DNA of 51,660 nt from Elusimicrobiota bacterium (GCA_022013385.1 JAKLQJ010000061.1:1-51660); one strand, 5' to 3'. Counted from the stretch's first letter, positions 17,527 through 25,418 are shown. Made by a program: numbers and translations. The notes: generated by a model from the letters alone, not told the origin.

Positions 17527-18588
17527 TTACTTGACCAATAGTTTGCAACGGGACTCATCAGCGTTGGCCGCGACTAATGCGCCTTTAGCCACGCTTCTTA
17601 AGGGTTGAGATGCCATCCTTACGGAACCAATCGGAATAGGCAGTTTTAATTGGTCCAAGATCTGCTTAAATCTGTTACAAAAACCTTTAGGCAAAGCTGT
17701 GCCTCCGGAGAGAAAGATGGATATGGGTTTTGTAAGCCGCGGTAATTTTTTTGTCCTGGTAATTCTCTCTTTTATGTTCTCAATCACATACTCAATCAAG
17801 TGGTTATAATAAATGGATAAAGCGCTTTCAATCTTGCTTAAGTCTCCTTCCTTACCTAAATCCAGGGATGATTCTTTTATGCTGGAGACCCTGCTCGCTG
17901 TTTCATCCGTTGCCATAGCCACCTGCTGGTCGATCCAATCCCCTGACTTGGCGACGGAAAACTTGAAAATCGGCACAGACATGAAACTTAAACAGACATT
18001 TACCATCCCGCCGCCGAAGGAAATGCCCATCCCGGTGAAATCTTCTTCAGCTAACTCCGATAATACAATCGCATGGGCTTCGTTGATAGCCTTCGGAGCG
18101 TATCCTAATGTCTTCAGGAACCCTTCAACCATTTTTATATGATAAAGGACATTGAATTCCGCGTCCAGGGGTTCGCCCGGGACGGAAAAATAGACTATCT
18201 CGCCTTTATGGGCAGGCTCGCCTACCACGCTTTTTATCAACAACTCTATTATAGGAAGCGCTTCTTTCTCCGAGGGACTTATCACGCCCTTGGAGAGAGG
18301 CCGCCTTGTTTCTTTATTAAACATATTGGCAAATTCCAAGGCCTCATCGCCCACTATATAGAGATTGTTCTCTTTTATAATATATCTTACCCCGGAATTA
18401 TCAAGGATCTTCTTTGTGAAATCAGTATGTTCTATGTCAAAGAAGGCGTTTCGCTGTGATTTAAAGACGACATCATCGCTTTCCTTATGGGCGCATTTTA
18501 CAAACATTGTGCCGATATCCACGCCCTTGCCTTTTTGTATCTGTCCTTTAAGGCTTTCTATTTTCATTCCTTTCTTGGGCTTAGTCAT
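17527..18588 (-). CDS. actin/MreB/Hsp70-NBD-fold ATPase (353 aa) inside the gvp island
   Basis: Three motifs appear in the canonical order: GVDIGTMFVKCA (phosphate-1), GISFGGGMVNV (phosphate-2) and LSGGTALPKGF (adenosine). There is also an MreB-like RRPLSKGVISPSEKEALPIIELLIK segment. GGGGAG RBS; the ATG overlaps the upstream stop. Confidence 0.7.
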   Translation of the reverse strand: MTKPKKGMKIESLKGQIQKGKGVDIGTMFVKCAHKESDDVVFKSQRNAFFDIEHTDFTKKILDNSGVRYIIKENNLYIVGDEALEFANMFNKETRRPLSKGVISPSEKEALPIIELLIKSVVGEPAHKGEIVYFSVPGEPLDAEFNVLYHIKMVEGFLKTLGYAPKAINEAHAIVLSELAEEDFTGMGISFGGGMVNVCLSFMSVPIFKFSVAKSGDWIDQQVAMATDETASRVSSIKESSLDLGKEGDLSKIESALSIYYNHLIEYVIENIKERITRTKKLPRLTKPISIFLSGGTALPKGFCNRFKQILDQLKLPIPIGSVRMASQPLRSVAKGALVAANADESRCKLLVK

Positions 18589-19111
18589 TTTTTCTCCCCT
18601 TTTTATAAATTTCGTTAAGCAATTTCACTGTTTTATCTATATCTGACTTCTCCTTTTCCATCTTTATTCCAATTTTATTGATATTGCTTTCTAAAGCCAG
18701 ACTTTCATCTTCTATGGGAAAATCAAAATCGGTGTTTATTTTTATGCGTTTTTCCGGCGTCTCAAGTTCCGTCTCTTTTCTTATTTCCCTGATAGAAACA
18801 GGGATCTTGATGCCCTTTACGGTCCTCTTCAGCTCGCCGCTGATTTCCCTGGCTACTTCCTCGGCAACCTCTTTAAGCAGTTTCCTGTCGATTTTTGGCG
18901 TTTCTTCCGCCAATAGCGTCTTTATTCTCTCTTTTGCCAGGGAATAATGACCTGCAGAAAAACCAAGATAGCCTTTTCTGAATAAATCACGGCAGAGATA
19001 ACCTATATATTCCAGCGAAAAGCCGACCTGCCTTCGTATCTGGTCTTTTTTCGCCATCCTTAATCTGGCTACACAATTAATGATATCCGCTTCTGTCCCG
19101 GTCAAAGCCAC
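18581..19111 (-). CDS. winged-helix-like N-terminal domain plus charged coiled-coil tail (176 aa)
   Basis: GTG start at 19111 follows GGGAGAA. TEADIINCVARLRMAKKDQIRRQVGFSLEYIGYLCRDLFRKGYLGF...SLAKE aligns with the three small wHTH paralogues at 26124-26940. Confidence 0.55.
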   Translation of the reverse strand: MALTGTEADIINCVARLRMAKKDQIRRQVGFSLEYIGYLCRDLFRKGYLGFSAGHYSLAKERIKTLLAEETPKIDRKLLKEVAEEVAREISGELKRTVKGIKIPVSIREIRKETELETPEKRIKINTDFDFPIEDESLALESNINKIGIKMEKEKSDIDKTVKLLNEIYKKGRKND

Positions 19112-19112
19112 T

Positions 19113-19883
19113 CTATTTCTCCCATTCCTCAGGATAAATGATGATGTTGACGAAATTAAAGGCGGGCAAAGGCCCCGCGTAGGCAAATTTTATCCTGTTT
19201 TTATACTCTTCGCTTAAATCGCTCATAATATTGTCAAATTCTTTTTCCCTGCCTTTGTCCACCAGGAAAGCGGCGTTTATAAACATATTGTCGCCGCTGG
19301 TTTTATTGAGCTTATAACTGACGGAGGTTCTTCTCAGGCGCTCTACTATTTCCTCCGCCTCATTGGTTTTCTTTTTTTGCAGGGCGGCTTCCACCAGTTT
19401 ACCCGCTTCCCCTTTTTTTGGGATATTTTTCACGGTCGCGTCGTTTTGGAGTTTCTCCTTCATCTCGCGGATATCCGCGTTTCCTTTCACAATTTCCTTA
19501 AAAATAACGCCCATGTCCACCCATGTCCCTTTGACGCCCAGTTCCACCTTATGGTCTAAATCGCGCAAAGCGATTTTGAATTCCCCGCGTCTGCGGTCCA
19601 GGAGATTCCTTATTTCATCGGCGCTGGCGGCGATGGTGCCGAATCTGATCGGAAGCGCGCTGTCAAATTCCTTCATCACTTCCTCTATAACCCTCGCGTG
19701 GGCCAGCATGTTTTCGCCTGTTGCCTTAATTTTGGTCAAAGGATGATTGCTTACCACCATGGTTAGGTCGTCATAGCCGATAGTCAGGACTTCGCCGCCG
19801 TTTATGCCTATCGGGCCGAAATTTCTTTCCTGCCTGTCGCCGATTATGCAATAGGCGTATTGGCCTTCTTTTATTATTATCAT
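19113..19883 (-). CDS. gas vesicle protein GvpF/GvpL family (paralogue 3)
   Basis: MIIIKEGQYAYCIIGDRQERNFGPIGINGGEVLTIGYDDLTMVVSNHPL...AHARVIEEVMKEFDSALPIRFGTI. The ORF-track N-terminal extension (MTYGHQTARTGT) is repeat-derived. Confidence 0.88.
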   Translation of the reverse strand: MIIIKEGQYAYCIIGDRQERNFGPIGINGGEVLTIGYDDLTMVVSNHPLTKIKATGENMLAHARVIEEVMKEFDSALPIRFGTIAASADEIRNLLDRRRGEFKIALRDLDHKVELGVKGTWVDMGVIFKEIVKGNADIREMKEKLQNDATVKNIPKKGEAGKLVEAALQKKKTNEAEEIVERLRRTSVSYKLNKTSGDNMFINAAFLVDKGREKEFDNIMSDLSEEYKNRIKFAYAGPLPAFNFVNIIIYPEEWEK

Positions 19884-19938
19884 CGTCCCCGTCCTAGCCG
19901 TCTGATGACCATAGGTCATGATACGGCACAGCCATAGG

Positions 19939-21012
19939 CTAGTCTGTCATTTTAACCAGTATGGCGCTTTCTTTGAATTTTTCTTCGCTGAAGGAGATAT
20001 CCGCCTCACTGCCCGCTGGCCCGCCGTCCGTTTGGCGGGTCTGCTCGCCGGCCCGGCAATAGTCCGCCAGAATTTTATACGCTCTCGCGGCATTGCCGAA
20101 TTCTTTTTCCATTCCGGGCTTATCCGGGTTTTTGTCGGGATGCAAAGCATGCGCCGCGCGGTGATAGTGTCTTTTGATTTCGCTTTTGGTTATTATCATG
20201 GTGGACACCCCTAATTGATTGCGCGCCCACTCCAGGTCCTTAAAATCCAGTTTCTTTATATCAATGGTGTAAAAACTATATGGGGGCAATGGGCCGATGC
20301 ACCGGAAATTCAGCTTTTCGGAGCATTCTTTATTAAGGCTTTCTATACGCGCATAAAATTCCTCTTGTTTAGCTTTGCTTATCAAAAAAGCTGAATTCAT
20401 TACCATCTGGTCATCCATTAATTCATGCGCCTTGCAATCATGGCTCATTCGTTTTAAAGTATCCTGTATCAAACTTGAATAATGCTGCTTTTTTTCGTCC
20501 AATATTTCCATAACCTTAAGGCCGACTTTCATCTGATCGTCCACAGTCACGCCTTTAGCGGCTCCCAAAAGAACTTTTTTTAACTCCGTTATTTCTTTTT
20601 CCTGTCCGATTCCTTTAAGTATTGAACCAAAATCTTTCCATGTGACGGCGACATCTATTTCTATTTTGTCATGAACTTTTGGGATAATTTCTTTTATCAG
20701 ACGATAACCCTTAACCAGAATATCCCGGACTTCCGCGTCATCACAGGCAAATGTCCCTAATCTGATTGGGATAATGGTGTTTCCGAGTTCCATAATATTC
20801 TCAATTGCCTTTTGGTGCCGGACTAGAAGCATGGCCACAGCGTCTTTGCGCATACTCTTGTAATCAATTATTTCGCAGTCGCTTACCACTGCCGCCGCGT
20901 CCCGGTGCGGGATGGTATAAATGCCCGCTAAATCCGGCGCCGCTTCGGCCCCGGGGAATTTTGCCGCGGCGGATGCGATGATTCCATAAAGATATTTTCC
21001 TGTCTTGCGCAT
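19939..21012 (-). CDS. GvpF/GvpL family protein (paralogue 4) fused to a C-terminal J-domain
   Basis: N-terminus: KYLYGIIASA...IYTIPHRDAAAVVSDCEI...RHQKAIENIMELGNTIIPIRLGTF. C-terminus: KSEIKRHYHRAAHALHPDKNPDKPGMEKEFGNAARAYKILAD, with HPD codons at 20134-20142. GGAGGAG RBS. Confidence 0.85.
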   Translation of the reverse strand: MRKTGKYLYGIIASAAAKFPGAEAAPDLAGIYTIPHRDAAAVVSDCEIIDYKSMRKDAVAMLLVRHQKAIENIMELGNTIIPIRLGTFACDDAEVRDILVKGYRLIKEIIPKVHDKIEIDVAVTWKDFGSILKGIGQEKEITELKKVLLGAAKGVTVDDQMKVGLKVMEILDEKKQHYSSLIQDTLKRMSHDCKAHELMDDQMVMNSAFLISKAKQEEFYARIESLNKECSEKLNFRCIGPLPPYSFYTIDIKKLDFKDLEWARNQLGVSTMIITKSEIKRHYHRAAHALHPDKNPDKPGMEKEFGNAARAYKILADYCRAGEQTRQTDGGPAGSEADISFSEEKFKESAILVKMTD

Positions 21013-21029
21013 ATTTTACTCCTCCGTTA

Positions 21030-21300
21030 GTCCGTTTGTCCCGCCATCGGCGGGATTGCCTGTAACCAGTCACCAGTTACAAATAGGTCACCAGTTACAC
21101 ACAGGTCACCAGTTTCTAGTCACCAGTCACCAGTTACAAACAAAGTCACTCCCGCCATAGGCGGGAGACAGGCCTGTCACCTGTCCACCTGTTGCCTGTA
21201 ACCTGTAGCCTGTTCACTGATTACTGTTCACTGATTACTATTCACTGATTACTGTTCACTGATTTCCTTATAGCAGAGCTTTGCTCTGTAGCTACGCTAT
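21030..21300. repeat. mosaic repeat block (CACCAGT microrepeats, CCCGCC-n-GGCGGG hairpins, and about four copies of the 14-bp TGTTCACTGATTAC at 21211-21264)
   Basis: Read directly. Inverted relative of 6290-6480. Confidence 0.85.
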
Positions 21301-21330
21301 TTGGCTACGCGGGTTTAAATCCTTTATTAA

Positions 21331-21393
21331 CCCGAAAAAATTCGTCTGCCAGTGCGGCGGGCGCCCGCTAAAATAACGGACGAATTTTTCGGG
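21331..21393 (-). terminator. long imperfect hairpin (CCCGAAAAAATTCGTC ... GACGAATTTTTCGGG) downstream of the Cdc48-like operon segment
   Basis: 15-16-nt arms at 21331-21346 and 21379-21393. There is no clean U-tract, so a terminator function is tentative. Confidence 0.3.
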
Positions 21394-21413
21394 TAAGGGA
21401 AAAAAAATCGCGC

Positions 21414-21554
21414 TTATTCTTTAGATTTTTCTGCCAGTGCGGGTTCCTTTTGCAGTTCGGTTTTCCGCTCGCCTGCCGGTTGAGCAGACTTGTCAACTTT
21501 ACATGCTTCTTTCTTTTTAAAAAAATTCTTAATCTTTTTTATAATCCCTGTCAT
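21414..21554 (-). CDS. possible small basic ORF (46 aa), below ORF-track cutoff
   Basis: Own translation: MTGIIKKIKNFFKKKEACKVDKSAQPAGERKTELQKEPALAEKSKE. GGAG lies 7 nt upstream. No homology recognised. Confidence 0.25.
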   Translation of the reverse strand: MTGIIKKIKNFFKKKEACKVDKSAQPAGERKTELQKEPALAEKSKE

Positions 21555-21648
21555 TTTAAACTCCTTTTTTGCGTTACTTTATTTTTCCAAGTTCTACTTC
21601 GCTCAGTGATTTTCTCCTGAGCTTTGTAGAAACTTGGGACTATGCCTG

Positions 21649-23829
21649 TCAAACGGACAAGAACGGCTTAATTGCTTCTTCAAAATGTCTCTTTAAAACT
21701 TTCAGCTCCGGTTCCAGTTCAGACGCACCCTTCATGTCGGAGGCCGGGTTCTTTTCTATGTATTCCCGTATCGCCAGCATTACAGCCTTGCGGCAGATCA
21801 ATTCAATGTCAGAGCCCGTCTTGCCTTCGGTCCCTTTCACCAGGTCTTTCAAATCAATATCATGGGCAAGCGGCTTATTGCGGGTATGTATTTTGAATAT
21901 TTCCTCCCGGGTCCCGGGATCAGGTTTGGGCAGAGACAGCAACAGGTCAAACCTGCCGCTGCGAAGGATAGCGGGCTCAATCAAATCCAGTCTATTTGTG
22001 GTTGCTAAAACCAAGACGCCGTTGAGTTCCTCTATACCGTCCATTTCGGTCAAGAATTGGCTGATGACGCGTTCGGTAACATGCGCGTCCGCGCTCGCGG
22101 AACCTCTTATGGGAAGCAAAGCGTCAATTTCGTCAAAAAACAAAATGGTGGGCGAGGCCTGCTTCGCGGTTTTAAACACCTCGCGCAGAGCCTTCTCGCT
22201 TTCCCCTACAAATTTTGAAATAAGGCTCGGCCCCTTTACTGAGATAAAATTCACGCCGGTCTGACTGGCCACAGCCTTTGCCAGCAAGGTCTTTCCCGTG
22301 CCCGGCTCGCCGTAAAGAAGTATCCCCTTGGGCGGCTTTGCGCCCGCTTTTTTAAAAACAGCCGAATACTTAAGCGGCCACTCGACCGCTTCTTTGAGTT
22401 CTTCCTTTATGCTTTCCAACCCTCCGACATCTTCCCACTTCACATCGGGCACTTCCACGAAGAATTCCCTTATGGCCGAAGGCTCTACTTCTTTCATTGC
22501 GTCGGCAAAATTGTCCATGGAAATTTCCAGCTTGAGCAGGGTTTCGTAAGGGATATCATCCTTAGCAAGATCGAGATCGGGCAGAATTTTTCGCAAAGCC
22601 GACATAGCGGCTTCCCTAGCCAGCGCCTCTAAATCCGCTCCCACAAAGCCATGTGTGATTTCAGCCAATTTTTCCGGACTTACATCTTTGGCTAGCGGCA
22701 TGCCTCTGGTGTGAATCTGCAGTATTTGCAGTCTTCCGTTTTTGTCGGGAATGGGGACGGATATCTCCCTGTCAAATCGTCCAGGTCGTCTTAAAGCCGG
22801 ATCTAGGGTATTGGGAATATTCGTAGCTCCTATCACAATAATTTGGCCGCGGGATTTCAAGCCATCCAGTAATGCCAAAAGTTGCGCCACCACGCGCCGC
22901 TCCACCTGCTTTTCACCGCCCATGTCTTCGCGTTTGGGCGCGATGGCGTCTATCTCGTCAATGAAAATGATGGCTGGCGCGTGGGCTTGAGCGTCCTCAA
23001 ATACGCTTCTTAAGCGCCCCTCGCTCTCACCATAAAACTTCCCCATGATTTCAGGGCCGGATATGTGGTTAAAATAAGCGTCGGTTTCATTGGCCACGGC
23101 GCGGGCGATTAAGGTTTTTCCTGTTCCCGGCGGTCCATATAGAAGAACTCCTTTGGGCGCGTCTATTCCCAATCTTTCAAATATCTGAGGATAGCGCAAA
23201 GGCAATTCAATCATCTCCCTGATTCGCCGAATTTGCTGACCAAGTCCGCCGATGTCCTCGTAAGATATCTTGGTTTGTCCGTCTTTCTCTGTTTCTTTTA
23301 CATCCATCCTTAATAGAGTGGATATATTTATCAAAACCGTTCCGTCGGGAACGGTATCCGATACCTTAAAATCGCAAGATCTTGACCCGAATAGCATGGC
23401 CCTGACCCTGTCTCCGCTCGCGACGGGGAGCCCCTCTATGAGCGAACCCAAATATTTGGTGTCCTGATTCTTCCGCGACAGAGAGGAAAGAGACAAAGGG
23501 ATGAGGGTAATTCGGACAGCAGGCTTTGGAACAATTTTGTGAATGTTTACTTTTTCATCCAGTCCGATTTGCGCGTTTTCCCTGCATATTCCATCCATCT
23601 GAATGATGCCCTTTCCTCTATCTTCAGCATAACAAGGCATGGCCTTGGCGGATGTTTTTCTCTTGCCTTCAACCTCAAGGATGTCGCCTACTTCCGCGTT
23701 GAGCGTCTTCAGGTCTTCAGGATCAATTCTCACAATCGCCCTGCCGACATCTTTGGCTAAAGCCTCTTTTACTTTCAATGTCAAGAGCGCGTCGCCTTTT
23801 CCCGTTTTCTTATTTATATCTTTACCCAT
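21649..23829 (-). CDS. Cdc48/VCP/VAT-like AAA+ ATPase (N-domain plus D1 and D2)
   Basis: Cdc48-type N-domain (LKVKEALAKDVGRAIVRIDPEDLKTLNAEVGDILEVEGKRKT). Two Walker A motifs (GPPGTGKTLIARAVANE and GEPGTGKTLLAKAVAS), two DEID Walker B motifs. 726 aa. Confidence 0.93.
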   Translation of the reverse strand: MGKDINKKTGKGDALLTLKVKEALAKDVGRAIVRIDPEDLKTLNAEVGDILEVEGKRKTSAKAMPCYAEDRGKGIIQMDGICRENAQIGLDEKVNIHKIVPKPAVRITLIPLSLSSLSRKNQDTKYLGSLIEGLPVASGDRVRAMLFGSRSCDFKVSDTVPDGTVLINISTLLRMDVKETEKDGQTKISYEDIGGLGQQIRRIREMIELPLRYPQIFERLGIDAPKGVLLYGPPGTGKTLIARAVANETDAYFNHISGPEIMGKFYGESEGRLRSVFEDAQAHAPAIIFIDEIDAIAPKREDMGGEKQVERRVVAQLLALLDGLKSRGQIIVIGATNIPNTLDPALRRPGRFDREISVPIPDKNGRLQILQIHTRGMPLAKDVSPEKLAEITHGFVGADLEALAREAAMSALRKILPDLDLAKDDIPYETLLKLEISMDNFADAMKEVEPSAIREFFVEVPDVKWEDVGGLESIKEELKEAVEWPLKYSAVFKKAGAKPPKGILLYGEPGTGKTLLAKAVASQTGVNFISVKGPSLISKFVGESEKALREVFKTAKQASPTILFFDEIDALLPIRGSASADAHVTERVISQFLTEMDGIEELNGVLVLATTNRLDLIEPAILRSGRFDLLLSLPKPDPGTREEIFKIHTRNKPLAHDIDLKDLVKGTEGKTGSDIELICRKAVMLAIREYIEKNPASDMKGASELEPELKVLKRHFEEAIKPFLSV

Positions 23830-23877
23830 ATTTATTCACCTTATTAAACCGCCATATTCGAAAATGACGGGGGTGGT

Positions 23878-24858
23878 TCACCGCGCATTAAGTTTGCTTG
23901 CTAACGAAGTTTGTAGGTCGCTTTGCGATGCCAATTGAAGGCCGAAAGTATTTAAATCGTTCATGCCTTTAACTTCCCGCGGCCGCAAAAACACGAGGGT
24001 TGTCTTGAGATTTGCGAATTTTTTCTTTATCCGGCTTATATACTTTTCCTGCTCTTTTCTTCTCTCTCTGCAAAATTTGCAATCGCTCGGTTCCATAACA
24101 TTATTGATAACCAATTGTTTCACTTCCACGCCGTAATCGCTCAAACTTTGAATCAATCGCGAGGTTTCCTGAATAGCCATATCTTCGGGAATCGTAACGC
24201 CAATGAACTCACAGCGGTTTTCATCCTTAATAAGTTCTCCTATTTTTTTTACCATCTTTTTCATATTTAGCAGAAAATCATCGGCTTTATCGGGAACATA
24301 TCTGCCGCTGAAGGTTTTAATTATATATCGATACTTCCATCTAATCTTAGCCAACATCTTAATCCAACCATCCAGAAGTTGGGGCATGGTTAAAAGCCGC
24401 AAGGCATGGCCGGTAGGCGCGGTATCAATTATGTATTTATCGAATTCCCCTTTGTCCATAAGATTTAGTACGGTTTTAAAACCCATAACTTCGTCTAACC
24501 CGGGGATAGACAGGGAAAACACGGATTCAATATCGTCTTTGTCTAAATTGGTTGATGTATCCAATATTTCTCTAATCTCTTTGGCATATTCCGTTTTAAA
24601 TTCGCTAAGGGCTTTGTCCGCGTTTATTTCAAGCGCCCACAAATTTTTTATGCCTTTTACCTCTTTTATACTATCTCCGATTTGTTGTCCCAGACTGTCC
24701 GATATGGAATGCGCCGGGTCGGTAGACAAAAGAAGTGTTTTAAATTCTTTGGCCAGAAAAACACCGGTGCTGACAGCGCAGGTCGTTTTTCCCACGCCGC
24801 CTTTGCCACCAAACAGAATAAGCTTTAATGCGCTTTCTTTAAGTCCAATCAGGGGCAT
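23878..24858 (-). CDS. single-domain ArsA/Get3-family ATPase with Get3-type CxxC
   Basis: Deviant Walker A GGKGGVGKTT, and STDPAHSISDSLG. CKFC (24070-24081) is followed by RERRKEQEKYISRI, which resembles the Get3 zinc-motif region. Overlaps the Hsp20 stop by 10 nt. Confidence 0.88.
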   Translation of the reverse strand: MPLIGLKESALKLILFGGKGGVGKTTCAVSTGVFLAKEFKTLLLSTDPAHSISDSLGQQIGDSIKEVKGIKNLWALEINADKALSEFKTEYAKEIREILDTSTNLDKDDIESVFSLSIPGLDEVMGFKTVLNLMDKGEFDKYIIDTAPTGHALRLLTMPQLLDGWIKMLAKIRWKYRYIIKTFSGRYVPDKADDFLLNMKKMVKKIGELIKDENRCEFIGVTIPEDMAIQETSRLIQSLSDYGVEVKQLVINNVMEPSDCKFCRERRKEQEKYISRIKKKFANLKTTLVFLRPREVKGMNDLNTFGLQLASQSDLQTSLASKLNAR

Positions 24859-25370
24859 TTTTTAAGCCTCACTTCGAGAACTCCGTTTTTATAGGACGGG
24901 ATGGGAACCTCGGCCGTCACTTTCGCCGGGAGCAGGATTTCTTTGTGGTATTTCCTGTCACTTGTCCCGGCCCGGATATCCAGGATGTCGCCTTTTAAGT
25001 CCAGCTTTATGTCCGCTTCGTTCACACCTGGCATTTCAGCATACACCCGGATCTCTTCTTTCTCATCAAAGATGTCCGTGATGGGCTCGCGCTCTTCTTC
25101 AACTATAGGGCCCTTGGGCGTTTTTTTGATATTGCCAAATGGTTCAACGACCGCTTTTCCTCCGGCCATGTTCTTTACTGAAAACCCGAAAACGCCTTTC
25201 ATCCCTTTTTTAAGATGGCTTAAATCAATTTCGCCTTCTTTTTTGATTTCGCCGCCCGCATCTTCTAGTTTGCTAGCCAGATCAATCAGTTGCCCAATCC
25301 CCTTAAATAACCCGCCAATGCCAAAATCAAAACCTATTTCTTCTTCCTTTTTCTTCTTTTCCTTTGCCAT
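24849..25370 (-). CDS. Hsp20/alpha-crystallin family small heat-shock protein
   Basis: C-terminal ACD: EIRVYAEMPGVNEADIKLDLKGDILDIRAG...KEILLPAKV...SYKNGVLEVRLKK. GGAGG RBS. Confidence 0.9.
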   Translation of the reverse strand: MAKEKKKKEEEIGFDFGIGGLFKGIGQLIDLASKLEDAGGEIKKEGEIDLSHLKKGMKGVFGFSVKNMAGGKAVVEPFGNIKKTPKGPIVEEEREPITDIFDEKEEIRVYAEMPGVNEADIKLDLKGDILDIRAGTSDRKYHKEILLPAKVTAEVPIPSYKNGVLEVRLKKCP

Positions 25371-25418
25371 AGATTACCTCCATAGAAACTTAGGCTCTTT
25401 TACAAGAAAGAACCCTTC

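Noticed and set aside
17527-18588. The idea that the actin-like gene marks a magnetosome or bacterial-microcompartment locus (MamK- or EutJ-like)
   Set aside because: No mam/mms genes, BMC shell proteins or signature enzymes occur in the window. All recognisable neighbours are gvp genes.
21060-21270. Short tandem units (CACCAGT..., TGTTCACTGATTAC x4) considered as a CRISPR-like or minisatellite locus with function
   Set aside because: The units are only 7-14 bp, have no unique spacers, and the block is mirrored at 6290-6480. It is best treated as part of the mosaic repeat family.
21569-22264. 231-aa plus-strand ORF, and similar long antisense ORFs (1902-2600, 24203-24865, 24901-25431, 30267-30686, 11432-11845)
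   Set aside because: Each lies fully antisense to a confidently identified gene (Cdc48-like, Obg, Get3-like, Hsp20, repeat protein, permease). Each has a Ser/Leu/Phe-rich shadow-frame composition and no family resemblance.
23878-24858. ArsA-family ATPase as part of an arsenic resistance operon
   Set aside because: There is no arsB, acr3, arsC or arsD nearby, and the gene is single-domain with a Get3-type CxxC. It is translationally coupled to Hsp20 inside the gvp island. The ArsR/permease module is 11 kb away, on a mobile-element-flanked segment.
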